A stretch of 64,000 nucleotides of DNA from Setoptus koraiensis. Taxonomy: Eukaryota > Animalia > Arthropoda. The stretch spans positions 11,656,001 through 11,720,000 of the forward strand of contig CM106585.1 in NCBI GenBank assembly GCA_048013815.1, given 5' to 3'. The notes below the pieces were generated by a model. That model worked only from the letters and a program-made list of their open reading frames with translations. It was not told where the DNA came from and ran no database searches. Shown here piece by piece: positions 25,985 through 38,502 of this stretch. Each line of letters starts with the position of its first letter. Within the stretch, counting starts at the first letter, position 1. A program made the position numbers and the translations under genes.

Positions 25985-28293
25985 ATGAGTACAATTCCAA
26001 TTACTGATACAAATATGAATGGGCAAGGTGAAGAAACACCATCCACTTCAATTGACGGAAGTCATCTGTTGGATAATGGTACGAATGAGAGTCAATTAGA
26101 CAAAGAAAACACTATCGAAACAATTGAAGAAAAAGAACGTGATCAACTCCACGAAAACAATGCAGACAATAACAGAATTGAACTGCCAATATCAGATGGA
26201 ATGATTACTCGCAACGATGATAATAACAATGTTTGTACAAATATACTCACCAAAACACAAGAATTAAATAACAGTGATAGTAATATTCATATAAATAAAA
26301 ATAATGTAGAATCTTTCAATACACGAAGAATATCGAAGGTTGTTATAGACGAACGAAGTCTATATACCAAACCTAATGACAACAATGATTTTGATTTGGC
26401 GCAGAAGGCATCGGATGATAAAAGAAGCTCGATGAGACATATTGTCGCTTTATTAGCATTGTCCAGTATCATATTGGCCAATATGAATAGGCAAGCCTTT
26501 AATGTTTCCATGCCAAATATGATCAAGACTAAATCGAAGCCAGCAATGGTTAATGATGAGACAAAACATATTGCTGAATTTAGTAGCTCTTGTCCTTGGC
26601 CAGACAAAGAAAAAGTGCAACCAACAATTGTTGATGGTTTCTCTACAAACACTTTATCAGAAACAATGCAAACTGAGTCCAGTATAATAAATTCTAATGC
26701 ATCGTTTGTTTTGGATAGTACCAATTCAAAGAAAGTATCAACAGCATCATCGGATAAGATCGTAGAGGATGATGATAGGTTCGATTGGAGCGGTACACAA
26801 ACTGGTCGACTACAATCCGGTTTCTCTTGGGGTTATGCCCCATTCATGATATTCGGTGGTAGATTGTCCGAACTTTACGGTGCAAAATGGATTGTATTAG
26901 TTAGTGGTTTGGGTTCGGCCTTGTGCTGTTTATTGACGCCGTTATTGGCAGATACTGATTTCTATCTTTTATTGGCTTCACGCGTTTTAATGGGTAAGCC
27001 ATCTAATTAGTAATCAATTGCAATTAATAGTGCGTAATATGTCGATGATAATTAAATGTTCAACTATGCTATCCGTTATGTAATAGGTCTATGTCAAACT
27101 GGAGTATCGCCCGCCTTATATGCACTTTGTGCACGATGGCTGCCGCCCGAAGAGTCAAGTATTTATTTGCCATTGATTAAAGTTGGAGTTATGATTGGCA
27201 TGTTTTCGGGAGCCTTGATTAGTGGCTTTCTGAGCTGGCGAATGACATTTTACGTAACTGGTCTTATAGGTGTGGCGTGGTCTATTATTTGGATGATCTA
27301 TGTGACAAGTGACCCATCTGAGCACAAGATGATCAATCAAACAGAATTAGATTACATAATTGATAAGATACGAGAATCAAATAGAGGAAGAAAATTGTCG
27401 GCCAGATCAACAAGAAATCAACCAGCGCCATGGTTAAACATAATCACAAATAGGGTAGTGATTGTATTTATGATAACTAAGTTTACAGTTAAATTAGCAA
27501 CGGATACACAAAGCATTGAATTGCCGATGTATCTATCTAATGTATTCCATGTCGATAAAGAAATAGTGAGTATTCATTTAGTTTTTTCTCTATGTGTGTG
27601 TGTGATAATTTTACTGGATTAATCGACAATCCGAATGCTAATAGAATGTCTCTTATCTGACAGAATGGTATCCTTACATCGATAAATTTTGGTATCCAAG
27701 GTTTATTCACTGGACTTGTTGCTTGGATGGCCAAAGAGATGGTGTTTAGAAAAACTTTCGGTCTAAGTAAAACTGGAGTTAGAAAATTATTTCAAAGCAT
27801 CTGCCAATTTGGTTGCGGTTCCGCTTTTCTATTGATATCTTTCAATGGTTGTAGTTTAACAGTTGTAATGGCAGCAATAATATTAACTTCAATCGCTAGT
27901 ATGTTCGGTTCTGGTGGCGAGGCAATAATTCCCATAGATCTGAGCACTGATTATCCTGCCTCAATAATGGCATTAGCTAATAGTCTTGCGAATCTCAGTG
28001 GAGTTTTACTTCCTTTGATAGCCTTCAATATATTGGGAGACGATGTTAACAATAAAGAAAATTGGAATTACATTTGGATGTTGGTTGGACTGACATCTAT
28101 GGGAGGCGGCGTATTGTGGTTATGTTTCGTTGAGGCGAAATTGCAAGACTTTTCCAGGCTGTGTCTTTGTTGTGATACATCGTTGACTAGTCACGAATGT
28201 AACAAAGGGGAAGAATCGAATATTAATGAGAAAAAAACAAATAGAAAAGAAGACGATATCGTCATGAGAGACTTAAAATCCGAAAATGCGTAA
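25985..28293 (+). CDS. SLC17/ACS-family MFS anion transporter; exons 25985-26993, 27087-27565, 27664-28293
   Basis: Motifs FDWSGTQTGRLQSGFSWGY, GGRLSELYGAK and IPIDLSTDYPASIMALANSLANLSG. Phase-consistent GT-AG introns of 93 and 98 nt. Confidence 0.9.
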
Positions 28294-28533
28294 CACGGAC
28301 GAGTCATCAAAATCACTATTCGATTACAATTGATGATCTTTACAACAACGACCAGTGTTATGTATGGTGACGTTAGAAATGTAATAATAATAATAATGTT
28401 AGTGATTTACACAAAGATTTACAAGCTGACGATATCGCTCGAAGCGCCGCCCAACTGCTGGTTTTATATCTTGTTTTGCAGATTGACAGAATTAAGAAAA
28501 AACACACTATTCAACAAAAATTCTTGTTTATCT

Positions 28534-30159
28534 TTATTTTTTCACTACAATTTTACCTGTTCTGTTGCCGCAATACTCAATGGCCTCGTCAACATTGCTA
28601 AACACGGGCACATGAGAATTTTTGGCGTGATCATTGAGATAAATTCGGCCCCTGTTGTAGTCGGCCACTGCCGTTTTGGACAATGTCTCGCCGCCAATTA
28701 TGCATGGCTCCTCTAGATATTGTATACATAAAACGACGTTCTCTCTGCCCAGCGACATATAATGGGCGGCCAATAACATCACAGATAGGCCACGACACTT
28801 GTTTGTGACAACAAATAGCAAAATGCGACTACGCTCAATGGCGTTTATTTCCTGTCTAATTAAAATTATATCCGCGGCGGGCGCGGGCGCGTCCGCCGCA
28901 TTTTGCAGCGTCACAAAATTACAACTCACACCGTTTCTATGGAACCACGGCAGCGCTTTTGAATCGCGCCACGACTGATCGCAATCGGTGAGGCTCAGAT
29001 AGATGTCTTTGAGCTGATCCCGACCGCCGCTGTCTGCCGGATCGGCTTGCCCGTAATGACTATGATGAGATCGCTCTCTGCCCCGAGAATTCTGGTCGTC
29101 GTGCCCTTGTTCGTTTCCTCCGTTTTCTGCGTCTTCCTTTTCCCCGTCTTCGTCTTCATTTTCCTCGTCTTCATTTTCATTTTCCTCGTCTTCTTCGTCG
29201 ACGTCGCCCTGTTTTTCGCTCGCCTGCTCGAGGCCGCTATCGCTGCTCAAACATTGAATGGCGTGTATCAAAGCGAGCTTCGTGTCGCAAAATATTGGAA
29301 TATTTTGATTTAAAACAAGATCCTGCAGCAACAGTCTGGCCCGTCTCAGCTCGCTGAACTCTGTGGCGGTTATGTATTCGCCGCTGATTCTGATTGGACT
29401 ATAACTTGCAAATTGGCAACTTGTGGTTGTTGTTGCGTCGAACGAGCCGCTGGCGTCGAGCGACGATTGCGTCGATTGCGACGATTGCGTCGATTGCGTC
29501 GATGTGGGAATAGACATGGAAGACAGCGATGAGGCCGACGAGCTGGTCATGATGGACGTGCTGGAGGCGGTTGAGGCCAGCGTGGTCAGGCTGGCGTTGT
29601 TGGTGAGGCCGGCGGGCGCCGCTGTGTCGTTGTGACCGGGCCGGCCACACGAATGGTCCGCCGGCACCGAGAACGGATATATGACCAGTATGAGGCGCTT
29701 GTTGCTGCCAGCTATAAAGGCGCTCTCTATCATGCCCACCGTGGATCGGGTTTGTTTGTCTATGACAAAAAATAATATTTGCGCCGACGATTTTGCCCGG
29801 CTCTCCAGCTGCACCATCTCTGGCGTCCAATCGTCCACTTGCGGATTATAAAATGTTATGCCAAAATTTTTAAGAATTGGTATGGCCACCGAATGACGCC
29901 ATGTTGTCGGATTGCACGAGCCACCGAGAAATATCTGATACTTGTTGTTGGGCATGTTGTGCGTCTTGTCTTTGGGTCGGTTTTGTCGGTGATTGTGTCT
30001 CGTTGGCTGGCACGGGGGGCTCCTCGATGCTTGCTGTAACATGATATCGCCCTTGTTTTGGGCATCATCGTCGTCTTGACAATTTTCTTTTATTGGCGCA
30101 ACCATATTGGCGGCGGCGGCGGCCGACGACGATACATTGTTGTTGGCTTTGTTAGTCAT
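28534..30159 (-). CDS. raw: Raw homolog (two NDT-like repeats; JNK-pathway antagonist in Drosophila)
   Basis: IFLGGSCNPTTWR...PILKNFGITFYNPQVDDWTPEMVQLESRAK matches the Raw repeat; a second repeat includes EINAIERSRILLFVVTNKCRGLSVM. Intronless. Confidence 0.85.
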   Translation of the reverse strand: MTNKANNNVSSSAAAAANMVAPIKENCQDDDDAQNKGDIMLQQASRSPPCQPTRHNHRQNRPKDKTHNMPNNKYQIFLGGSCNPTTWRHSVAIPILKNFGITFYNPQVDDWTPEMVQLESRAKSSAQILFFVIDKQTRSTVGMIESAFIAGSNKRLILVIYPFSVPADHSCGRPGHNDTAAPAGLTNNASLTTLASTASSTSIMTSSSASSLSSMSIPTSTQSTQSSQSTQSSLDASGSFDATTTTSCQFASYSPIRISGEYITATEFSELRRARLLLQDLVLNQNIPIFCDTKLALIHAIQCLSSDSGLEQASEKQGDVDEEDEENENEDEENEDEDGEKEDAENGGNEQGHDDQNSRGRERSHHSHYGQADPADSGGRDQLKDIYLSLTDCDQSWRDSKALPWFHRNGVSCNFVTLQNAADAPAPAADIILIRQEINAIERSRILLFVVTNKCRGLSVMLLAAHYMSLGRENVVLCIQYLEEPCIIGGETLSKTAVADYNRGRIYLNDHAKNSHVPVFSNVDEAIEYCGNRTGKIVVKK

Positions 30160-31547
30160 GACATGGATAAATTTTGTTCATTTGTTGTGCTCCCGTCTCC
30201 TGCCAACTAACTGCAGCAACTCACTGAGAGACATTCGGTGATTTACAATAATTTTGTTGTTGTTGTTAATTAGTTGCTTCATTAGAAGTGTTCAGAAAAT
30301 TTGCATACGTTAACGTACAATGTTATTATAATATTATTATTAGAATATATTGTCTCTCACACTTATTCTTTTAACAATATTGCCATTAACAACTGCGCTC
30401 GCTCGCTTGCTTGCTTGCGTGTGTCTCTTGGAAAGTGCGTTAAGTGTAGCGAAGTAAGGCCAAAAGAAGCCTACAAACAGCGAGCAATACAAACGGATAG
30501 GAATACAAACGGCGAGCAATACAAACAGAGAGAAAAAGAACCTAAGAACTGCATCAAATCCGTATTGTATCAACAGCAAACTGGCTGGCTGGCTCGAGAG
30601 GCTGGCTGCGATTCGCGTCGCAAGTCTACACATCGAGACAACCCTGTTTGCGTACTGCATCCACTTTCTGGCTTGTCAACTTTGTTGCTTACAATTATTT
30701 TCTTTCATTTATTTCTTGCGTACAGTTATACGTTATGTAACGCTAGACGACGAAGCTCGGCGCCACATTTAAACATGGCCACTCGTTGCGGGTCTCGTTG
30801 CGAGTCTCGCTTGGATCGACTCGACCGAGTCTCGCCAAGTGCGCCGAACGGGCTGATGGCCAATCAATTAGGAGCGACAGTTGAGTAATTGCCGGCGACG
30901 ACCGACTCGCCGCACTAGCCGCAACTACCCGACACTCGGCCGACAACCGCACGAGCGGTCGGCCGACAACCGCACGGGCGGTCGGGCGGATACTCGCCGG
31001 CAAGTTGTAACTTGTTGCAAAGTCGCGTTAAAGTTGCAAAGTCACAACGAGCGGGCACTGAGAGGGGCGCCTCGTTCAATCGCCGCCTCAACTGACAACG
31101 ACGACGGCGAGCGATTGTTGCAACTGCCGCTGCCCGACAGTGACGAGACAGCACGGCGACAACAACTGCATCGATGCGAGCGATGTCATTGTTGTCGTCT
31201 TTGGGGCCCGCTCACGCACTCGAGAGGCTCGAAGCTTCTGCCGTCGCATGTTTGAGTCGCTAAACAACAGATTCTGTCTAGGCCGTCGTGTTATGTAAGT
31301 ATTGCGTATTATACATGTTTATCACTGACAAATTATCTCGGCAGCAAGATGAGACGATTAGACGAAAATTGAATTGCAAGTTCGAACGGGGGCTAGAGTT
31401 TTTCTCTTAGAGTGTCGCGTTATTAATTGCTTATACTGTATTTACTGTTGTTGTCGTCACCGTCATACAATTCAATTAAGTTAAAGGTGAAAAGTGATTA
31501 TTAAAAAATACTAATAATCTGTCAATGGTGTCAACTGTGCGTTTGGG

Positions 31548-34500
31548 TCAGTTGGAGCGCAACTTTGCTTGGGCGCATTCGCCGCACAGTATTGCGTCAG
31601 GACCGTCTATGATAAATCCTTTGCCTATGAGCGATATCTGACAGTCGGTACATATAAAACAATCATTGTGCCAATTGCGATCCTCAAAAGTCACATACTT
31701 TGTTCCGCCGAATCCTGTTATGGCCTGCGAGCAAGCAAAACATCGCTTAGCAAACAGCTGACTGTAACAATCCACACAATAAGCATTGGTGGTACTTGTG
31801 GTGGTGCTACTTCCGGTTGGTTGTTGACCCGTGGTGGTGGTGGTGGTGGTGGTGTTGTTGGTTGTGTTGTTGGTCGTGTTGTTAGTGTCAGCTGAGGCGG
31901 TGTTGTTGCTGCTGTTGTTGTTGTTGCTGTTGTTGGTGGTGGTTGTAGTGTCTAGGCGCGTGGTGAATCTTTGGCCAGCCAATGATTTGTTGCAATGATG
32001 ACAATTGAAACATTCTCTGTGCCAGGGCTCATTTCTGAACGTGACCCCGCCGGAAGTGATGACATTTTTGCACTTGGTGCACCTAGTGGCGTATTTGTCC
32101 TCGTAGCACTTGATGCCTGGCGGGGTTGCGATCGGGGTTGCAATTGGGGTTGCGATCGGGGTTGCAATTGGGGTTGCGATCGGGGTTGCGATCGGGGTTG
32201 AGATTGCGATTGAGATGGGATAAAAAAATTGTTATGACGGGTATTGTAATTGCGTTGTCACTGTTGCCAGTGTCGTCATTGCCAACAATGACTACATAAT
32301 CGACAGTTGTATGCCACAAATGCCATACAATTGTCAATATAACGGTATTACATAATGGCGGCTCGCAACACCGTCATAGAGCGCACAGGCCAGTGGGGCC
32401 CACTTACAGTAGATGGCCTCGTTTTTCGGTATAAAACTGCTGGATCCTATGGTGTTCTTGCACACGCAGCAGCAGAAGCAGCTGTCGTGCCACTGGCGGC
32501 CTCTGTACTCCATTTTCTTGGAACCTGTTGATGGTTGTCGACCGTGGTCGATCGTCGTTGATTGGGGCGAACATTATTGTTACTCATAGCATAGTATTCA
32601 TTGTTATATTTCGAGCGATATCGCGGGGATATTTCGAGCGATATCGCGGGGATATTTCGAGCGATGTCGAGGGGATATTTCGAACTCACCCGCTCTGAAG
32701 GGGTTGTCGCAGCCGTGGCAGCGCGTGGAAAAGTTGGTCTCGTAGCAGGGGGCGCAGTACACTTGGTCGGACTTTGAGCCGAACGGTTTGTCCACGAGCG
32801 ACTGCTGGCACTGGCGACAATTGAAACACGAGTCGTGCCAATGTTTGTCCTTGTAGCACAAATCCCTCGAATTGAGTCCGATCGGTTTGCGACAATGCTC
32901 GCACGTGTGCGCAAATTCCGCCTCGAAGCAGCTCGTGCAATAGGGCCGCTCCTCCTTCAGCACGTACCGCTGGCCGGCCAGGTTTTTGTTGCAGCTCCGG
33001 CAGATGAAGTGGTCCACGTGAAAGTCCTCTGACATGGCCTTCGAGTACTCGTCCGAGAATATGAGCTGCGGAAACGCAAACAAAAATTTGACAGTTATTC
33101 GGGGTTATTCGACGATCAAGTTATTCGATGATTTTGTTATTAGACGATCGGGTTATTCGATGATTTTGTTATTCGACGATCGGGTTATTTGACAGTCGGT
33201 TTCTTGGGGCTGGTGTGACTGTGGCCGTGACAGTGGCGGTGCAAACTTGAGATTTGTCCGCTTGGAAATTGCAGACGGTCACTGCGAGCGAGTCGCTGGT
33301 CGATGGGCGCCCGAACTGGACTCGCGCGGCCCCAATTAAACGGCGAGGAGCGTCACCTGCCGCAGGCGCAAACAAACACAGATTTGACAACAGATCAACA
33401 AATGGATTCGGGCCGAACAGGCAACTTGTTCGCTGACGCTAACCACTGGCTGTCGGATATTGGCTGTCGGATATCGGCTGTCGGATATCGGCTGATTGAT
33501 GATTGGCAGTCGGCACGACGCGGCCAATTTTGCTGATTGGCAGTTGGCGCTCGGGCGAACAAAAACAAAAAATCGCTCTCCGTCGTGGGCGCTGTCGTGA
33601 GCTCGCTCGCTGGCGAATTTCAAGGTCACACACAAGGCAAGTGCGAGCAGCACTTATCATTTGCAGTTGCATCATGGCACTTTTAGTTTATATATAAATT
33701 AATTGCGCTTACGTCATTACATAACAACGATGCGATATTGCACAGGATATTTTAGTAAAAGGCAGCCGCCAGCAGCATTCGATGGCATGCTGCTAGCTTG
33801 CCATTTGTTGCCATTTGTTGCCATTGCGATACGATTCGCAGCAGCAGCGCCACACCGCCGACCGTGTGCTAGCGCCCATGATGCCATGGTGCAAACGGTG
33901 CAAACTCGCGGCGCATACTTACGTAACAAACTGTGTGCGCTTTTTTACACTTGCCAGTGCACAAAAGCGGCCGCTGTTATCGGCGTGGGCGGTTGCACTA
34001 ACATGGCAGTCAGAGCGGCATCGGTATTGTAAACATTGCCAGCTCTGCGGCGCACTGCCAACAACAGCAACAGTAGCATCAACATCAAAAACAACAGCAA
34101 CGGCAGCAACAACAGCAACAGCAGCATCAACAGCAACAGCGGCGGCGGCAGCAACGGATTGCATCACTACGGCAAGCAAAAAACATTGGCTCGCATCGTT
34201 ACATAACTGCAGTGCTCGCATTGCACGCTGCGCGGCCATTGTTGTTGTTGTTGTTGTTGTTTGGGCTCGCGATTAAACTTGATTGCGCCATTTGCTACGA
34301 GCGCTAATCAGCGAGCTTGTGGCAACTTTGCACTGGCAAGCTTGCACTGGCAAGCGACGGACCGATCAACAATTGTATAAACACACACACACACACGTAT
34401 TTTGTCGCTCATCGCTGCCTGATTGACAGCACGCCCACGCGATAGCATCATCTTATCGTGTCTTATCGTGGCATAGATGACGTATTGCGTAATAATTGGC

Positions 34501-36508
34501 GCGCGCCACGATTGACGCGCCGCGATCGACGGGCGCTAGATCGGCGACCGAGTTTAGCCGAGCCAGCGAGCGCATCAGCGCGCACGCCACCTGTGTCAGC
34601 TGATCGGTCGCTGGTCGGTCGCTGGTCAGACGGCGGCGGATGCCGGCCGTTGCGTCAACCGGCACGCGCCAACCGAGACCGAAAACTCGTGCCACGTGCC
34701 ACGTGCAAGACCGTGCGCCGACCAACAAACAAAGATCGACCAAAAACAAAGATCGACCAAAAACAAAGATCGACCAAAAATAGAGATCGACCAAACAGAT
34801 CAACAAACAAACAATAAAAGTAAATGCTCAACGAAAATAACAAGAGATAAAATGAACCCAAACGAGCTGACTCACCTCCTCGCAAGTGGCGCAGCGCGGC
34901 CGGATGAGGTCGCCGTAGTGGCGCAAACAGTACAACTTGTTGTCCTTGATGCAGTACACCAGATCCACCAGAAATTCGCGGCACGTGGAACAGGTGAAAC
35001 ACTTGGGATGAAACAGGCCCACCTGAGAGTAATTGGTGCTTTCGGTGCACACGCCACCTATGAACTGACTGGTGCAAGCGGGCTGCTGCGGGTCGCCCAT
35101 TTGCCCGTCCGCTTGCTGCTGCGGGTGCGGCTGCTGCTGATGCGACGACAACAACGGGCCGCTGGCCGCCGCCGGCTCCGACGTTATGCCAATGAGGAAC
35201 TTTGGGGCCACCACGGCCAACTGGCCCGGCTCGATGCGCATCAGGCAGCGGCGGCACTTGATGTTGGCCATCACGTTTGCCGCGGCCACCAATTTGGCCG
35301 TGTCCATCAGCGAGCTCTGGCTAATTATGGAGCTCTTGCGGGTGTCGCTGCCGCTGGTCGGCTGCTGTTGGCTGATGTTGTTGCTGTTGTTGTTGTTGTT
35401 GCCGGCGGCGGACGGGTCGCACGGGCCGCCGCACCACAGTTTGCCCGTCAGCATGGATCTGTTTATTTCGATTACGTGCGCCACGTCCAGCGCCACCACG
35501 TTTCGGACATTGACGAATTCGCGGTAGGCCCGCAAGCTCGCCTCGCTGCCGGTGTCCAGGTACTGGCAGTAATCGCTGCTGATGTCCTGCTTGGGCAACT
35601 GGTGGCAGATTTGTTTTTCGCGCGTTGCGGCGCCCGCCGAGCCCACGTAGGGTATTTTGTCGTCCGCGAATTGCTGAAAGAACTCCCTCACTTGTGACAG
35701 CGCCAGGTTGGGCGGGCACCACGCGTAGTCGGCCAGTCTGGTCTTTTTCGGGTTGTTGGCCGGCCCACTATTCGAGACAGATTCGAGCGGCGCCGCGCCG
35801 GCCCGGCCACTGTCGACCGGCTCGAGCGGCCGATCCGCGGTCGGCTCAAGCGGCCGCGTGCCGGCCAAACTGATCGACTTGGTGAGCCGCTCGCTCACCC
35901 TGTTGCCGCTATTTGTCCGCTCGCTGTCGTGGCCGGCGGCGCCGTGACACGCCCGATACGCGTCGCTGTGCCTCCGCTCCTCAACAATTACGGTACCCGC
36001 GTTATTCGCGGCCTGTTGTTGTTGCCGGCCGCTCGTGTCCGCGTGCGCCTGCTCGCTGTCCGGCCCGAAGTCGTTGCCCTCGTCGCAATCGTCGTCGTCG
36101 TCGCCGTCATCGTCCAAATTGACCCGCATACACCGCAGCAGGTACTGGTAGTCCTCGTGGTCGAGCCGCACCGAGTCGATGTCGGTCACCTCGAGACCGT
36201 CGTCGTCCAGCACGGTCTGTGTGATGCAACTGTCGCTGAGGCAGTAACTGCTGCCCGCGCCCGCCGCAACTTTGTTGCTCATCGACGAGCTCTCTTGGTC
36301 TTGGTGATAGCTGGAATAATCGCTGTGCGTCGTCATGTTGCTCTGTCGGCGCCGGGCACGCCCTTTTCCGGCCCGGTCGCCCGCGGTCGCCGAGTCGCGG
36401 TCGGTGCTGCTCGAACGAGAGCGCTCCTCGGATTGTGAGCCGGCCGATTCGGCCGACGAGTCAATATCGCCCTCGTCGTCGTCGTCATCGTCATCATCAT
36501 CGTCGTCA

Positions 36509-36557
<49 letters not shown>

Positions 36558-37599
36558 TGGCGGACCATTCATACTGTTCGCAGGAATTGGCGTGCTTTGC
36601 GCTTTGTTGCTTCGATGGCTTGCCCGCGCCCGACAGCCGCTCCCGGATGGTGGCGCCCCGCTTGCCCTTGGCCTCGTCGCTGTCCATGGTGAGCGCGCGT
36701 CTCCGCCTGAGGCCCAGCCTGATCGATGGGCCCAGCCTCCGGTTGGCCAGCAGACCCTTGGCCAGCGGGTTGAGTGCGTTGGCCGCTTCCGGTGTGCCGG
36801 CGAGCTTGCCGGCGCTGCTGGAACCTTGCAGCGGGCAGAGCGGGCCGCCGGCACCGCTACTGTCGACGGACAATTGTTTGTTGCTGGCGTAGTTGTTGGC
36901 CAGGGCGCATTTGAGGCCGGCCAGCGACACTGCGCCCACGGAGCCCTTGCTGGCGCGCGTCGTCGGGTTGCTGGCGCGCGTCGTCGGGTTGCTGGCGTGC
37001 GTCGTCGGGTTGTTGGCGGCGCAATTGGCCGTTTGATTGGTCTGGTTGGTCTGATGGATTGGGTTGGTTTGATGGGTCTGGTTGGCGGGAGCCGGCGCGG
37101 GCCGGCCAGTCTCCCTGGCGTTGGTTGCGGTCGTGGCCGCGTCGGGCGGCTGCCTCGCGAACGACACCGCGCCGGGCGCAATTTTCGGGGTGGGCGGCGA
37201 CGGCGACTGTCCCGACGGGCTGCGTCGCGCCCGATCAGTGGCGGGCTGAGTGTTTTTCGTTGTGCGGCTGCCCGGCTGCGAATCGCCGGGCCAAATAATC
37301 ACGGCCGACGATGCAAACGAGGCGTGCTTCTTGAGTTTCACCAGGCGCTGTCTGTTGGTGGTACTGGTGGTGGTGCTGCTGCTACTGGCGCTGCTGGCCA
37401 GCGTGCAGCGGGTCAATATGGAGCCCGACGGGACGGCTGCGGGCCGGTCGGGCGACGTCTTGCCCTGTTGGGATGTGTCTTGGTCGTCTTTGGCGCTGGT
37501 CGCTGTCACTTGCAACGACGAGTGGCTCGCCGATCGCGCCGTCCACGATTTGGGGCCCTTGGCTTGCGCGTCCGGGGCGCGTTGCTGGCTAAAATTCAT
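31548..37599 (-). CDS. Lmpt: Limpet/FHL-like PET + 6 LIM protein; exons 37599-34876, 33065-32690, 32524-32408, 32116-31548
   Basis: PET motif YAWCPPNL...KIPYVGS...QLPKQD and six LIM double zinc fingers, assembled through three phase-consistent GT-AG introns. Confidence 0.9.
32122..32200. repeat. 6.5 x 12-bp tandem repeat (GGGGTTGCRATY) in Limpet intron 3
   Basis: Read directly; ends 2 nt from the acceptor CAG. Confidence 0.9.
32606..32683. repeat. 3.4 x 23-bp tandem repeat in Limpet intron 2
   Basis: ATATTTCGAGCGATATCGCGGGG units; the partial unit runs into the donor consensus. Confidence 0.9.
33091..33190. repeat. Degenerate 15-16-bp repeat with ~31-bp higher-order period in Limpet intron 1
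   Basis: Alternating TTATTCGATGATTTTG / TTATTCGACGATCGGG-like units. Confidence 0.75.
34731..34796. repeat. ~4 x 17-bp tandem repeat (AAAGATCGACCAAAAAC) in Limpet intron 1
   Basis: Read directly. Confidence 0.85.
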
Positions 37600-38437
37600 G
37601 TCTGTGGTGCGGCGTGTGGCTCAGTCCGTTGCTGCTACCGTCCATCTGGTGCGGCGAGCGGCCGGGCAAATTTGTGGCGGCTCGTGCGGTTTGTGGCGGC
37701 TCGTGCGGTTTGCCCGGTTTGTGCGGTCTGCGCAGTTTGCGGCGGTTTGTGGGGTCCGCGGTCGCCGATTCGTCGTGCGGTCGCCGAATTGTCGTGCGGT
37801 CGCCGAATTGTGGTGCGGTACGCGCCCGTCGAAATGTCGTATAAATTGTCGTATATAATGTCGTATAAATTGTCGTATACTGTGGCGAGATGTCGTGCGA
37901 TGATATTATGGCAGCGAAATGTTGCCAGCGCGATATGCGTTGCCAGCAGCGAGCGTCGTTTGGAATAACTAAATTTGCAATTTACAATCGCTGCACTCGA
38001 TGAGCACAACAACAGGCTCAACAACTGCCAGCCTTGCCAGCAGCTATTGCGTAATGGTTGTTCAATATGCGTGCTCCAATGTGACACTGGCAACAACGTG
38101 AGCAGCGACGACGCCACCAACAACAACGACAACTCTGCTGGCTGGTAGCAGCGAGCAGCTAGTCGCTAGCAGCCCGCTTATCTAGCCGCCGAGATGAGTA
38201 TCAGCGGCAATATGTTGTTGTTGTTGTTGTTGTTGCTGTTAGTGACAAGTGCCCGCCCGAAACGCCGCTGCCTAGGCGCTTAATTGGTTGCTGGCCCGGT
38301 CTCACTCTCACTCTGACGATACGTTACGTAAGACGTATTACGTGAGCTTAATTTGTGGCCAAGGAGGCGCTGAGTGTCTCGTTGTAATTTTCATTTATAT
38401 ATTTATATGTATGTATATTTATGTGTATGTGGTCGCT

Positions 38438-38502
38438 GGTTGCGGCCGGTTTGGCCGGTTGCGGCCGGTTTGGCCGGTTGCGGCCGGTTTGGCCGGTTGC
38501 GG
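38438..38502. repeat. 3.4 x 19-bp GC-rich tandem repeat (GGTTGCGGCCGGTTTGGCC)
   Basis: Read directly. Confidence 0.9.

Noticed and set aside
77-28293. Two SLC17 paralogs as a tandem cluster
   Set aside because: They are 25 kb apart, on opposite strands and divergent; SLC17 is a large family in arthropods.
34539-34627. ~90-nt imperfect hairpin in Limpet intron 1
   Set aside because: Only 6-8-bp blocks with a large bulge in GC-rich sequence; not convincingly above chance without folding statistics.
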